Shown in pieces: positions 13,013 to 23,893 of a stretch of DNA of 64,000 nucleotides. This DNA is from Squalus acanthias (lineage: Eukaryota): the NCBI GenBank assembly GCA_030390025.1, contig CM059431.1, positions 103,728,001 to 103,792,000 on the forward strand, in the 5' to 3' direction. Within the stretch, counting starts at the first letter, position 1. Each line of letters starts with the position of its first letter. The notes beneath the pieces are model-generated. The model searched no databases, had not been told where the DNA came from, and saw only the letters and a program-made list of their open reading frames with translations. The position numbers and the translations under genes are program-made.

Positions 13013-13407
13013 TTCTCTCTTTCTTTTCAGTTGGTGAACAAGCAAAAAAAACACTGAAACTGCGCATGTGCAACTATTTCAACTTCGATGGCAGCAGCCG
13101 CTGCCTTGTTTTAATGGTTAACTCCTTTATTCGTTGGGCCTCTTGAAAAAAGGGGGGGCCACATTTAAAAATAATGGTTTCCTGTTGATGACACTGGGAC
13201 CACCCAACGTCTCCTTACTCATGGAAAAGGCGCAACACATTTTCTCAGACGCTCTGCACTAAATAAATGAAAGCCTCCCATTGCAAACTCTCCATTGCCA
13301 CCAGAATTCTGCCGGATAGCAGCGGGGAAGGACAGAAGATAAAGTTGCCACTTGTCAGAATCGTGCTCAATGCCTAATTGTTGGGAGGTATGAATATTGA
13401 CTTTCTT

Positions 13408-13540
13408 AAGAACGTAAGAAATAGGAGCAGGAGTTGGCCATGCGGCCCCTTGAGCCGGCTCCGCCATTCAATAAGATCTTCGACCTCAACTCCACTTTCC
13501 CACCCCATCCCCATATCCCTTGATTCCCTTAGTGTCCAAA
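13408..13540 (-). mobile_element. CR1 3' UTR fragment
   Basis: AAGAACGTAAGAAATAGGAGCAGGAG...CTCCGCCATTCAATAAGATC, the reverse complement of the tail at 25020-25121. Confidence 0.75.
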
Positions 13541-14059
13541 AAGCATTTGCATTGCATTTCCAGTCGACTCAGGCTGTTATGCATGCAGCAGTCTGAATAG
13601 CAATTGATAAAACGGCACCGTATCTTTAGGTAGCAGAGCACAGTTCTTTTTTGCCCAATTACAACGTTGAGCAGATCAATGGCTTATTAAAGTATATCAG
13701 ACTGGGGCACAAAATTAACATATAATTGACTCGGCGTCCGATCAGTCAAATCGTGCTGCTCAAATATTGTTTGAATTTGTTTCTCAAGATGATATTAAAG
13801 CTATACTGATCCGAAATTCAATTTGCACAGTTTTAAAGTTCAGAATTTTAGCCCTTTCCTTGCCAAAATATAAACTGTATTGGCAGAGGAGTTCCACTTG
13901 AAAGACATATTCATCTTTCTGTGCGAGACTTTGATCTTGTGCACACATGGCAGTCACAACTTGTGCTGACATAGATTCAACACCAATAGTTCCTGCCCCA
14001 GACCAGTTGAGAACTAGCTTTACACAAATCCCTATCAGCAAACGAGTGTGACCATGTAC

Positions 14060-16221
14060 ACGGGAATGGTAGTGTAGTGGTTCTGTTATGGACGAGTAAT
14101 CCAGAGACCTGGACTGAGGGCTGAATTTTGCGGCGGGGGGGGTGGGGGGGGGGGTGTCAGTGGGCACGATCGGTGGCGGGTTGGGTGGGAAAGTGATTTT
14201 TTTCCCCGAGCGAGTCGGGACCCCACTGTGAACCCACCGTCACGTGCCTTTACTAAATGTCGGGTCTGCCAGTGCTGAGCAGACCCGACACGCAGCGGCG
14301 AGGGAGGCAATTAAAATCATTAGTGACTTGCTTACAGCCACTTATCAATGTTTTTTCCCCAGTTTTTTGAATTTGACAGGTCGCCCACCGGTTTCCCGCT
14401 GTGCCTAGACCTCGCCTGTGAAGCTGAGGCGGGAGGTCACTTTCCCATTGAATCAGCTGATGAGTTGACAGCTTCAAATGTCAAGTCAAAGTTCCCAGCT
14501 GATTGAGAAATGTTGCCTTAACCATTAGCTTCTTTAAACTGCAATTCCACTACAGATTCAGAATGCTGCAAGTCTTTACACAAGTCTCCATCCAGTCTGA
14601 CCTCATTACCTCTCCCACCATTGACATATCGCTTCTGTCATCTCTACTTCACCTGCCATCTATTCCATCAGCATGGGTGCCCTTGAAACTCTCTCAACTT
14701 GGTCCTCAGAATCCCCCCACGATCAGCCCCAACACCAGCATCACCAGGCACACCAGCAGCACCAACAACAACACCAACCTTCTCCGCAATCACCTGATGC
14801 TGCACAGGACAGAGGGTGTCAGCACCCGACCACATTGCTGCCCGGGAGGCCAGGGATGGCCTCACCATGGCCAGATTTACTTCACTTGACACTGTACACC
14901 CTGGCTGCCACATGATGCACAAAGTTGGCACCACCGCACACCAACACCATAAAGCATCCCTACAATGCCCAAGCCATTCCTTTCACACTCATCACCATTG
15001 TGGGGAGTACCGTTATGTCTCACCATTCACTGCAACTCACTAAGCCACTTCCAAAGGTGCACACGAATCTGTCCAAGAACGCAAAGTGTTGAAAATAAAG
15101 GTTTCAATGTTTGACAACACATTAACAGAAACTTTACATGAACGTTGCATAAAACACCCAAGTGCCTATCCTTGTGTGTTGTTAGTTGGTATGATTGCAT
15201 TAGGATGAGGGTGAGTGTGAGGGGTGGCTAGTGAGGTGGGGATGTGATAATGTAGATAGAGAGGGATGGGTGGAGGTGCAAGGTAAGTTGGTGTGAGTAA
15301 GGATGTGCAGGAGTAGGGTAGGGAAGGCAGAGTGATGCGGATGTGATGAGAGGCACAGCAGGATGAGGTTGAGTGTGGCTTTGTACGAACGTTTCGTGAT
15401 CTACTGAAATCATTGAAACATTTGTGGCACTGCACCCAGGTCCTCCTGACCACATCCCTGCTTGTGCCCTCCTCTGCAATGTGCAACCAGGCTGTGTTGA
15501 TCTCCTGGGGAGGTCTTCTCTGCCCATGGGAAGGGAACAGGACCTCCCTGTGTGCTGTGACTCCCTCCAAAAGCCTGGGTGCAGCCCTGCACCTCTGTGC
15601 AGTGCTTGTCAGTGTTTGCAGCGCCTCAATGCTGTCGAACACTGACAGCACAAATGTCAAATTAAAGTTGGTCATGGACCCTTTAAGGAAACTGGCTGGT
15701 GACGCGTCATCGAATGACGTCACCAGACCCGCTTCCTCTAATTGGCCGGGAAACGCGCTGGGCGGGCTTAGCAAGCCCAAGCAAGGTAAATTCATTCTAC
15801 AGAGCGGCCTGGAGCTGGCAGCGGGGCCAGGACCCGCCATCGACATCGCCCACCACGGACCCGCCGAGGTTCGTAACATCCAGCCCTAAGGATCTGGAGA
15901 TATGAGTTCAGAATCCCACCACGGCAGCTGGGGAATTTAAATTCAGTTAATAGAATAAAAAGCTAGTATCAGTGATGGTGACCATGAAACAACCGGATTG
16001 TTGTAAAAACCCATCTGGTTCACTAATGCCCTTTAGAGAAGGAACTCTGCCGTCCTTACCCGGTCTGGCCTATATGTGACTCCAGACCCACACCGTTGTG
16101 GTTGACTCTTAACTGCTGTCTGACTAGCAAGGCATTCAGTTTTTCAAGGGCAATTCGGGTGGACAATAAATGCTGGCCTTGCCAGCGACACCCACATCCT
16201 GTGAATGAATAATAAAAAAAA
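14060..16221 (+). mobile_element. tRNA-headed SINE split by a Harbinger insertion
   Basis: Head TGGTAGTGTAGTGG at ~14067 resumes after 15889 (GAGTTCAGAATCCC); tail CAAGGGCAATT...TGCTGGCCTTGCCAGCGACACCCACATCC. Confidence 0.7.
14118..15886. mobile_element. Non-autonomous Harbinger element
   Basis: Imperfect TIRs GGGCTGAATTTTGCG / CGTAACATCCAGCCC; flanks TGA/TAA; minus-strand Myb/SANT remnant (AWLHIAEEGTSRDVVRRTWVQCHKCFND); plus ORF at 14673 begins MGAL like the transposase at 27913. Confidence 0.8.
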
Positions 16222-16224
16222 GTA

Positions 16225-16665
16225 TTGCCTTTCCTGTATAAACCAATAAGGAGACATCAAGCAAAAGTAGCCCCCTTTTTAAGAGGGGGCACAACTAATA
16301 AGCAACTAAACCATAAAACAAAGGAAACTCATAAAATTAAATAATAATATTATTATCGATGTCCACTATGCACTCTGGTGCTTACCGGTCGCGGAAGGCT
16401 TCAAACATACAGGCGGACACCGCGCGCTCTTTCTCCAGGGCCACCCGGGCGCGGACAAGTCCGTGGAAGAGAGGCAGGCAGCCAGAGCGATCATCCCCCT
16501 CATCCCCTCACAGGCCACGTCCAACCTGAACCTGCTGATATCCACCTTGGCCAGGCCCAGGAGCAGGCCCACAAGGAGGTCCTCCTCCTTCGACTTAATG
16601 CACCCCACCCTCCACCCTCCCCACCCCACCCCGCCCCGCCCCGCACTCGTGCACAAGTATGAGAT
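16225..16665 (-). mobile_element. Tx1/L1-clade LINE 3' end
   Basis: Minus ORF with EDLLVGLLLGLAKVDISR; a shifted frame reads LFHGLVRARVALEKERAVS, resembling Tx1 ORF2 C-termini. Confidence 0.6.
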
Positions 16666-17290
16666 CCCTCCGGGCTAGGCTGTAGACTAATTCCCAACCT
16701 TTGACTCCAATGAGCTTTACAAAATATACCACCTTCTCAAGGGCAATGAGGGATGGACAATAAATGCTGGCCTTGCCAGCGATGCCCACATCCCGTGAAT
16801 GAATAAATAAATACAAAATTAGATAACAGGTTCTCTTTTGTCTTCTTGGTCTAGACACAAAAGGCATCAAGGGGTATGGGGAGAGAGCGGGAATATGGTA
16901 TTGAGATCGAGGATCAGCCATGATCATATTGAATGGTGGAGCAGGCTCGAAGGGCCGGATGGCCGACTCCTGCACCTATTTTTCTATGTTTCTATGGTCA
17001 CTGCTGATGAATAATAATCAACTCTTATGGATTTGATGTTTATAATTGGTCTAATTTAAGTTCTGAATTTCAAAAAATAATAGGCTGAGATTGTTTAATT
17101 ATTTGATTAGGCCAAAAACAACGTATCATAAAAATTTTATATGTTTTTAAGGACAGTATTTTTCTGAGGTCACTGACGAAATACTGAGGGTAACCGTTGA
17201 TCACTTTCACCTATCGTCAGCCTTTGGATATAACCAGATCAAAATAGAACAAGTAACAAAACAGCAAGTAATCAAAAAGGCAAATGGATT

Positions 17291-17869
17291 TGTTAGGGAG
17301 AAATTATTTCACTCCAGTCTGTTTATAGGTAAAAAGCAAAAAACAGTTTATTTAATATTCAGAGATCCCTGGGAGAAGTGGTACAGAACCTTGCTTGGTC
17401 TGATGGCTTCACTTCTCGACCTCTCATTGTCAATGACAACCTTTTATTGAAGAGTTGTCCAATCACATAGTTACAAAATATCACATGATTACAAGTATGT
17501 CCATTTCAAACTTAAACAGCTTACAATTAATTCGTTATATTCTAAACAATTTATGTCAGTTCAAGCTAAATCATTAATTCGTTATATTTTAATTCAAACT
17601 AAATAATTATGTTGCAAACTAAACCATTAATTCGTTATACCAAATAATTATGTTGCAAATTAAAAGCATTAATGACGTGTATATGTAATCTTGTTAGAGG
17701 CCCAGTGTCTGGGTTTTGCAGTCTTTCATTGTGTTCATGACCTTGATTGTTGCTAAGTATCACAACGCTCAACCAGGCCTTATCTCCCACCTGGCTTCCC
17801 TTCGGTTTCATACAGAAAATGAGAATTGGTTTTATTTTAATTTAAAGTGAGTTCAAATTAACTCTTTCA
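17291..17869 (-). repeat. 3' LTR (579 bp)
   Basis: Minus strand TGAAAGAG...CCCTAACA, directly preceded by the purine tract. Confidence 0.97.
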
Positions 17870-17880
17870 CTCCCTCCTTT
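17870..17880 (-). promoter_or_regulatory. Polypurine tract
   Basis: AAAGGAGGGAG abutting the TG of the 3' LTR. Confidence 0.9.
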
Positions 17881-18024
17881 CGGTACCTTGCCAAATTAAA
17901 AATTCTGGTCAGGGATACCGACTTTCCCGCATTTATCATCCCCGGATTATATCTGTGTTGATAAATTCGCCTCTCCCTTCTATCTATCCTCGGTGTCGGG
18001 TGTCTGTATGAAAAGGAAAGAGCT

Positions 18025-19008
18025 TTACATATAGATATCCTGTAGTGGCTGTTCATTGCTTGGTTCAATAGTGACTACAGCAACCGGCATCATTCTGTCC
18101 ATAGCTGCCTTACAACATGCATTTAAAATCATCAAGGTAACACGGAATGCTATTCCAATTACAAGTCCATGCATCAAATATGAAACCCATGACCCCCCAA
18201 ACAACCATCCCCACCAGTTTGCTCCTGCGGTTTCGTGTAACTTCCGAACTTCCCTCTGTATGTGCTCAGCCAAATCAGTTATATTTTCTGAACTGTCAGG
18301 AATGTATGTACAGCACTCTGTCCCAATCAATGCACATGTTCCCCCTTTTTCTGCTAGGAGGTAATCAAGTGCCATTCGGTTCTGTAGCGTCACTGTCCTT
18401 ATCGCTACCATCTCGGCGTTCATGTCTGTTAGAGCTTCTGCTGTATCATTCCCAACCTGTTCTAAAATCTCTGCCAACAACCGTATCTCTTTAATAGCTC
18501 TTGCGACTCCGTATGGAGGTAGATAGATCGCAAAGTATTTTTCAGCCTCATTAATTTCTCGTTTATAACGATAGGCTGGGTGTTCCTTGAGGTTTAGGCA
18601 GTGGTGTACAAAGGGCACGACATACCCCAGATAACAAGACCCCGTCCAATTGAAAGGGAGCCACGGGTAAGCTTTATGTCCACATATGAAATAAGTGTTA
18701 TTATAGGCTTCAAACCTACTCCATATGCTATTCATCATCATGATTTTACCCTTCCATGGCCCCCCACTGGTTATGTTTGGAATTGTACCGAGATTCCACG
18801 TCCCATACGTGAGTGATGCACCACTGTACCTGCTCCTGGTCCTTTTTAATTTGTATTTCTGCTCACATCTACTCCAACCCAATGTGAAGCAAATCAGAAT
18901 GATGCATAATGCCCAGATCAATCCCCTTATCAGGGGCCATTCCCATTCTGTGTACGGTTTCCACTCTCCCTCATTTCTTATACCCGGTATTTGTTTTGTT
19001 GCGTCCAT
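18025..19008 (-). CDS. env: Gamma-type retroviral envelope ORF (327 aa) with very short SU
   Basis: Hydrophobic signal LIWALCIILICFTLG, YFICG..AY..LP.NWTGSCYLG motif, furin site RYKR (aa 147-150), immunosuppressive domain LQNRMALDYLLA, CX6CC (CALIGTECC), membrane anchor near the C-terminus. Confidence 0.92.
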   Translation of the reverse strand: MDATKQIPGIRNEGEWKPYTEWEWPLIRGLIWALCIILICFTLGWSRCEQKYKLKRTRSRYSGASLTYGTWNLGTIPNITSGGPWKGKIMMMNSIWSRFEAYNNTYFICGHKAYPWLPFNWTGSCYLGYVVPFVHHCLNLKEHPAYRYKREINEAEKYFAIYLPPYGVARAIKEIRLLAEILEQVGNDTAEALTDMNAEMVAIRTVTLQNRMALDYLLAEKGGTCALIGTECCTYIPDSSENITDLAEHIQREVRKLHETAGANWWGWLFGGSWVSYLMHGLVIGIAFRVTLMILNACCKAAMDRMMPVAVVTIEPSNEQPLQDIYM

Positions 19009-19010
19009 TT

Positions 19011-19830
19011 CTACACTGGTGAAGGGTTATAGATCTTTAGCTGGGTCCAGTGTTTCCACCTTCCCATTCCCTTTATATCAATACAGGCACACGTGTCTCC
19101 ACTGATAAGGACCGGCCCATCTTGGGGCAAACCCCTGTTTTGTAGGTAGGACCTTAACCATTACTTTTGTTCCTGCAAAGGGAACGTTTGTTAACGCAGT
19201 CAAGTCTAAATTTTTATCCTTTTCTTCCTGTCTTTCTCTAACCTGCTGTCTCATTTCTTTTAACTGCTTGCTTAATTCAAGGACATATCGGCGGATCCTA
19301 TCCTGTAAGGGTCCTAGTTCCTCTCCCCCCGTGATAATTCCATAAGGGAGTTGCATTGCTCGCCCTGTCATTAATTCATAGGGAGATAAGCCTGTCGTTC
19401 GATTAGGGATAGCTCGCAATTTCATCAGGACTGCGGGCAGAGCATCTACCCAAAATTGGTGGGTTTCACTCAGAGCCTTTGCTAATGCGGTTTTTAGGGT
19501 TCGGTTCATTCGCTCCACCATCCCAGAGCTCTGAGGACGGTAGGGAATGTGGAATTTTTGTTTTATTTCCATCCATGCGCAGATATTCTTTACTACCTTT
19601 CCCGTGAAATGGGTTCCCTGGTCAGAGTCGATTTGAGTAGGAACCCCCCACCTCGGTATTATTTCTTCTGCCATTACCCAGGCCACTGTGGCAGCTGTGC
19701 AGTTTCGTGTGGGGAAAGCTTCCACCCATCTTATGAATTGATCTATTATCACTAAGCAGTATACCCTTCCCCTTGAGATCGGTAGGGGTCCCGTAAAGTC
19801 TATTTGTATCTTTTCCCAGGGACCCCTTAT
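19011..19830 (-). pseudogene. pol: Retroviral integrase core and C-terminal domain; no HHCC domain; frameshift near 19100
   Basis: PWEKIQIDFTGPLP...IDSDQGTHF...SSGMVERMNRTLK (D-D-E), WAGPY, then shifted frame WKHWTQLK ending in a stop at 19011-19013. Confidence 0.92.
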
Positions 19831-19984
19831 TCAAATTCAATTCATTGTTCCGGTGTTCCAATTCTGCCCCGCCTGGGGTATCCTCTGTTTCTTCTATCTT
19901 TCCTGATGTTACCCCGCCTGGGGTCTCCTCTACATTGCTTTGGATCTTCTCTTTCGGTGTGCTCAATTAATTTGTTGGTGCTGG

Positions 19985-20406
19985 TTAGTCATAGGCATGA
20001 GTACCCAATTGGCTTATGTATCTTACTACATAGGTTACATATATCAAATACACTATCATTACAAGTTGGAGAACTACCAGAGCGTGTGAAATAATACAAA
20101 TCTAAGGGTGTGCTGATGTATTAAGCCCAATATCCCACCAGTTTGAGTTGTCCCCTATGCTGTCAATTTCAATATCTATTCTCAAATTGTCTTGCTCCAA
20201 AACATAAAAATGCTTTAGGGAGGAGTTCAGTCGCATCACAAGCTTACTGAATTCTTCAGACACAGGGGAATGCAGTATCCGAATTGTGCCACATAATTGT
20301 GCAGCTCATACTTAAAAATGTGTTGGTTGATGGGACAGGTCCTGTTAGACCCATAAAGCATGGTAATTGCAGTAGTGGTGACACAGGAGGCACCACCAAA
20401 ACCACC
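19985..20406 (-). pseudogene. Decayed C-terminus of a second type I membrane glycoprotein (env-like)
   Basis: Manual translation with one frameshift and one stop: GGASCVTTTAITMLYGSNRTCPINQHIF..YCIP/SEEFSKLVMRLNSSLKHFYVLEQDNLRIDIEIDSIGDNSNWWDIGLNTSAHP*ICIISHALVVLQLVMIVYLIYVTYVVRYISQLGTHAYD*. Confidence 0.6.
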
Positions 20407-21989
20407 TCATACTGGATTCGCACTGGTTTTTCCCACGCTCTGTTACCTACAAAACACAATTATTACAGTCACAGTTAAATTCAGTCTTACAATCATTTCA
20501 AGCGACATTACAGTTTAACATCTAGTCAACAAATCATGGACTTAAAAGATTCTCCAGATCTCTCTTTTACTCATATCCATCTTGTGGATAATTCTTACTA
20601 AACATGATTTCTCCTTAGCCCTCAATTGTCCCAATCCAGATTCCATGTAACTCTCCACTTCAACTTCAATTTCAATCCCTCTAACAGGTACCAGTGTATT
20701 TAACTCTATTCTGATTGTTTCATTAATTAGTTAGTTTCTCGACGGAGTATGTGTCAATGCTTTAAAAGTTGTCTCGCTCTCCTGAACCACATTAACCATT
20801 TCATGTTTTGCTGTTATCAAGTAACTGAGCATGTCTGAGACCCGTTCTTCAGTGCAGATTCAACATACATTCCCGGATGGCAACTGCCTCACATGTAACA
20901 AATCACATTTGCACACTCATATCGGTATCTCCATCATGCCACATGTGCCTTTCTCGGGCTTTCAGGTATCTTTTCAAAAGATTGTCTGGAGGTCTTTGTT
21001 CATCTTCCTCTGCATGGTCCCGATGTCTTTGATAGTGGCCAGGCTATCAAATTCAGTTTCCTTAAAAAGTTCATTATAGGCAGGGACACAAATGTCTCCA
21101 AGAGAAAGCTATCAATTTACTATTCTTAACTACATTTTCCTGACTTTCACCAGAAAGTTTGGAAAATTCTCAATTAGTGGTGTAATTCTCCTGTTTCTAT
21201 CTCACCCTCAATCACTTCCTTTCTCCATTTTACACATCCTATTAATTACCATTCATATCTCATTCATGAGCCCTGGAGGAACTTTACTGTCCAGTACAAT
21301 ATTTAAGATTGAAAACATAGATCAAACATTCTCACTTGGTCCAAGTTATTAACACTTTTTATTTATCATTATTTTAGAGGATCTTTTATTTTTCCAAAAG
21401 TAACCCAATATATAGTGCCTGAGTTCATTTCGTCATTTCAAAATTATCCCGAAATCCAAACAGCAGTACTGTTGAACTGACAGGTCTTGTCAATGTTCAA
21501 TTTCATTTCTATAACTTAAACAGCTGTCAGTGGAAAGGGTTAACTCCTTTGCAGGGTTTTTTTTTAAGAAGGCGGAGCAAAACATTGTCAGACGCACGCA
21601 ATTGCGTCATTTCACGTAACTGAACACGAACAGAAAAAAACAAAACAAACCAGTACATGCTTGTAGAAAACCATAAATTACATCATATTTCTTATTGTCC
21701 TTTCTTCAGATGCCTTTCCAAAATACTGTAAAAACATTGAATATAACTGGAGAAAAATTCGTTTTTCACATTTAAGCAAATCAAATCACACTGCTTTGGA
21801 AGATTTCACCATAGCAACCGCGACTCCAAGGTTAAATCTTAGACCGAAACTTAATCTTTGTTAAACAAACTTTTGTTCTTCTCAGTTTTACACACCAGCT
21901 TAACTTAAATTGTAGTTCAAAGTTTTTTTTCTAATTCTTGGGTCACAATTTGTTGCAGCCACACATCGTGGCATTGCCTTCGCTGCTGG

Positions 21990-22166
21990 ATCCCTCTTTA
22001 ACTAACTGTTGAATCGGCTCTGCTTTCCCTGCAAAGTCTGATATAAAACTCCTGTCTATCCCTGACAGTAAAAGCAAATTTCCCTTGTGATTCCTCTGCC
22101 TATGGTATGGACCAGAACCCGTTCTGTATCCAAGACTGTAAATATTTTAAAGTCTGGTTTCAGACC
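21990..22166 (-). pseudogene. pol: Reverse transcriptase remnant (primer-grip/thumb region)
   Basis: Fragments GLKPDFK..., HTIGRG and RSFISDFAGKAEPIQQLVKEG resemble the CR.FI.DFA..A.PL..L.K thumb motif; no YxDD found. Confidence 0.6.
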
Positions 22167-22789
22167 ATTAAATATCTTATTCAATGTGGTCTACACAAAT
22201 TTGCACCAACCAGAATTTCACCGTGCACAATAAAAGTCTGGTTTTAATAGGTTAATTAACCACAATAACTCCAATTCAATCTAGATCAAAATTTTCTTTT
22301 AAACTAACCAGTATCAAAGATAAAGAAAGAAACCATAGCCACATTAACAAAGAAACAATTACCCATTCCTTGTAGACATTCAAATTCATTTTTTTCTTCC
22401 AGGCACATTGGCAACTGTGACTTCAAGGCTGAAGCTTATTTTTTTGTAAAACAATTAACAAACTCAAAACAACAAAACAAGTTTTCAAAGGGTTAAACAG
22501 TTTTTAGCTCTCTGTACAAAAGAGTGGGTGGAGCCAAACAAAAATGACAGACACCTTTTTAAAGACAGACTCTCAGACAAAAGAAATACTGCAACTCCTT
22601 AAACATTCACAGTCAGGAAAACTTACACTTTAACACACACTTTCACATAAACTTAGATCCCAGCATTCCTTTTAAGATTCCTTTCACTCAACAAATCTTG
22701 TGTTTTATTTGTCTCGGCACAGACATTAATAACTTCCATGTCGGTAAAACTTTAAATTTCTCTCTTTTTCTTTTTACATGGTATCTCAG

Positions 22790-23274
22790 CAGCTTTCCTG
22801 GCTTTCCAAATCCCTTTTTCTTTGTCTAAGCTGAGTTTCAGATTGGTTAGCCTGCAAATTAGATCTTTTCCTTCTTTATCTTTGGTTTGTCGGACGGGGC
22901 AAATCAGTTAAAGATACTGATGCTCCTGTATCAACTAGCATTTCACACGATTGGCCCCCTAATGCTGTAACATAGACTCGGTTATCCGAGCCTCCTTTTA
23001 CTGGGGCCACCTCCCGTAATTGACTCTTCTCCTTTGACTTGAGGTACTCCATAAAGTCCCTTCTATTCTCCAGACTGAGATAAGCGCCCTGTGTCTGGTC
23101 CACGTCTCCTTTCTTCTGCCAGCAGTTATGACTCTGGTGTCCTAGCTTACCACAATAGTCACATCCCCCTTTTTTTCCACTCCTGCAATCCTTCGCCATA
23201 TGTCCCATCTTTCCACAACTATAACAGCTCCCCTGAATCCTCTTGTCCTCATCATTTCTGGCGCCTTTCTCCAT
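22790..23274 (-). pseudogene. gag: gag nucleocapsid (two CCHC knuckles) followed by aspartic protease remnant
   Basis: CYSCGKMGHMAKDC and CDYCGKLGHQSHNC; MLVDTGASVS active-site motif; GKDLICRL (GRDL-like) in another frame at ~22850-22872. Confidence 0.9.
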
Positions 23275-23873
23275 AATGTATTAATATCGTTACTAGCTTA
23301 CCGCTTTCCGGCCACGACTAGTAACTCGTTTTCAGAGGTCTGCCTATCATCCACCATAAGTATGGTGGCGGCCCCGACTTGGAACAATCTTGCTCACAGA
23401 GGTGAGTTTTGGGCAGCCACTTGGCCCCTTTCACATGTAGCCATTAATACATTATCACAACACGTCATACAATCCAACAGATCCCGCAACGCAACACAGC
23501 AGAGAGGTCTTACAGATTCTTTTGTCTGTCTCGGATTCCCAACTAACTCTGGCCGTCACATGGGGCCCAATCGCCCTCTTAATTTCGGCTCAGTATGGGT
23601 CCACGAGACATTTATAGTCCGAAATAACACATCAGGCTTCAAATATCTTAACTACTATTAATACGTTTGGTTAACCTTATTATTTCAATATACAAACACC
23701 TTATGCGCTACCTAGGTTTTAATAAACTGTTTCTTACCCGTCACAGACACCAAATTCATTAGATACTGCGGTTTGCCTTCACACCGCCCTGCCAAGTGAC
23801 CCAATTTCTGGGTGGTCAAAGATTTGACTACTCACCCTGTTCACTGGTACAGGCGGTCTTTCAGCTCCGAAGT

Positions 23874-23891
23874 ATCCTGCCGACTACGCCA
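23874..23891 (-). promoter_or_regulatory. Primer-binding site, tRNA-Ser
   Basis: TGGCGTAGTCGGCAGGAT two nt after the LTR end; complementary to the vertebrate tRNA-Ser 3' end ATCCTGCCGACTACG-CCA. Confidence 0.92.
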
Positions 23892-23893
23892 AT

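Noticed and set aside
7284..13146. ORFs of up to ~1280 aa resembling extensin, formin or Gly-rich proteins
   Set aside because: They are open in all frames on both strands because the C-rich pentamer repeat almost never forms stop codons; no non-repetitive domain.
18025..19008. Domesticated syncytin-like gene
   Set aside because: It sits in a young provirus with near-identical LTRs and lacks most of SU; no evidence of orthologous conservation is available here.
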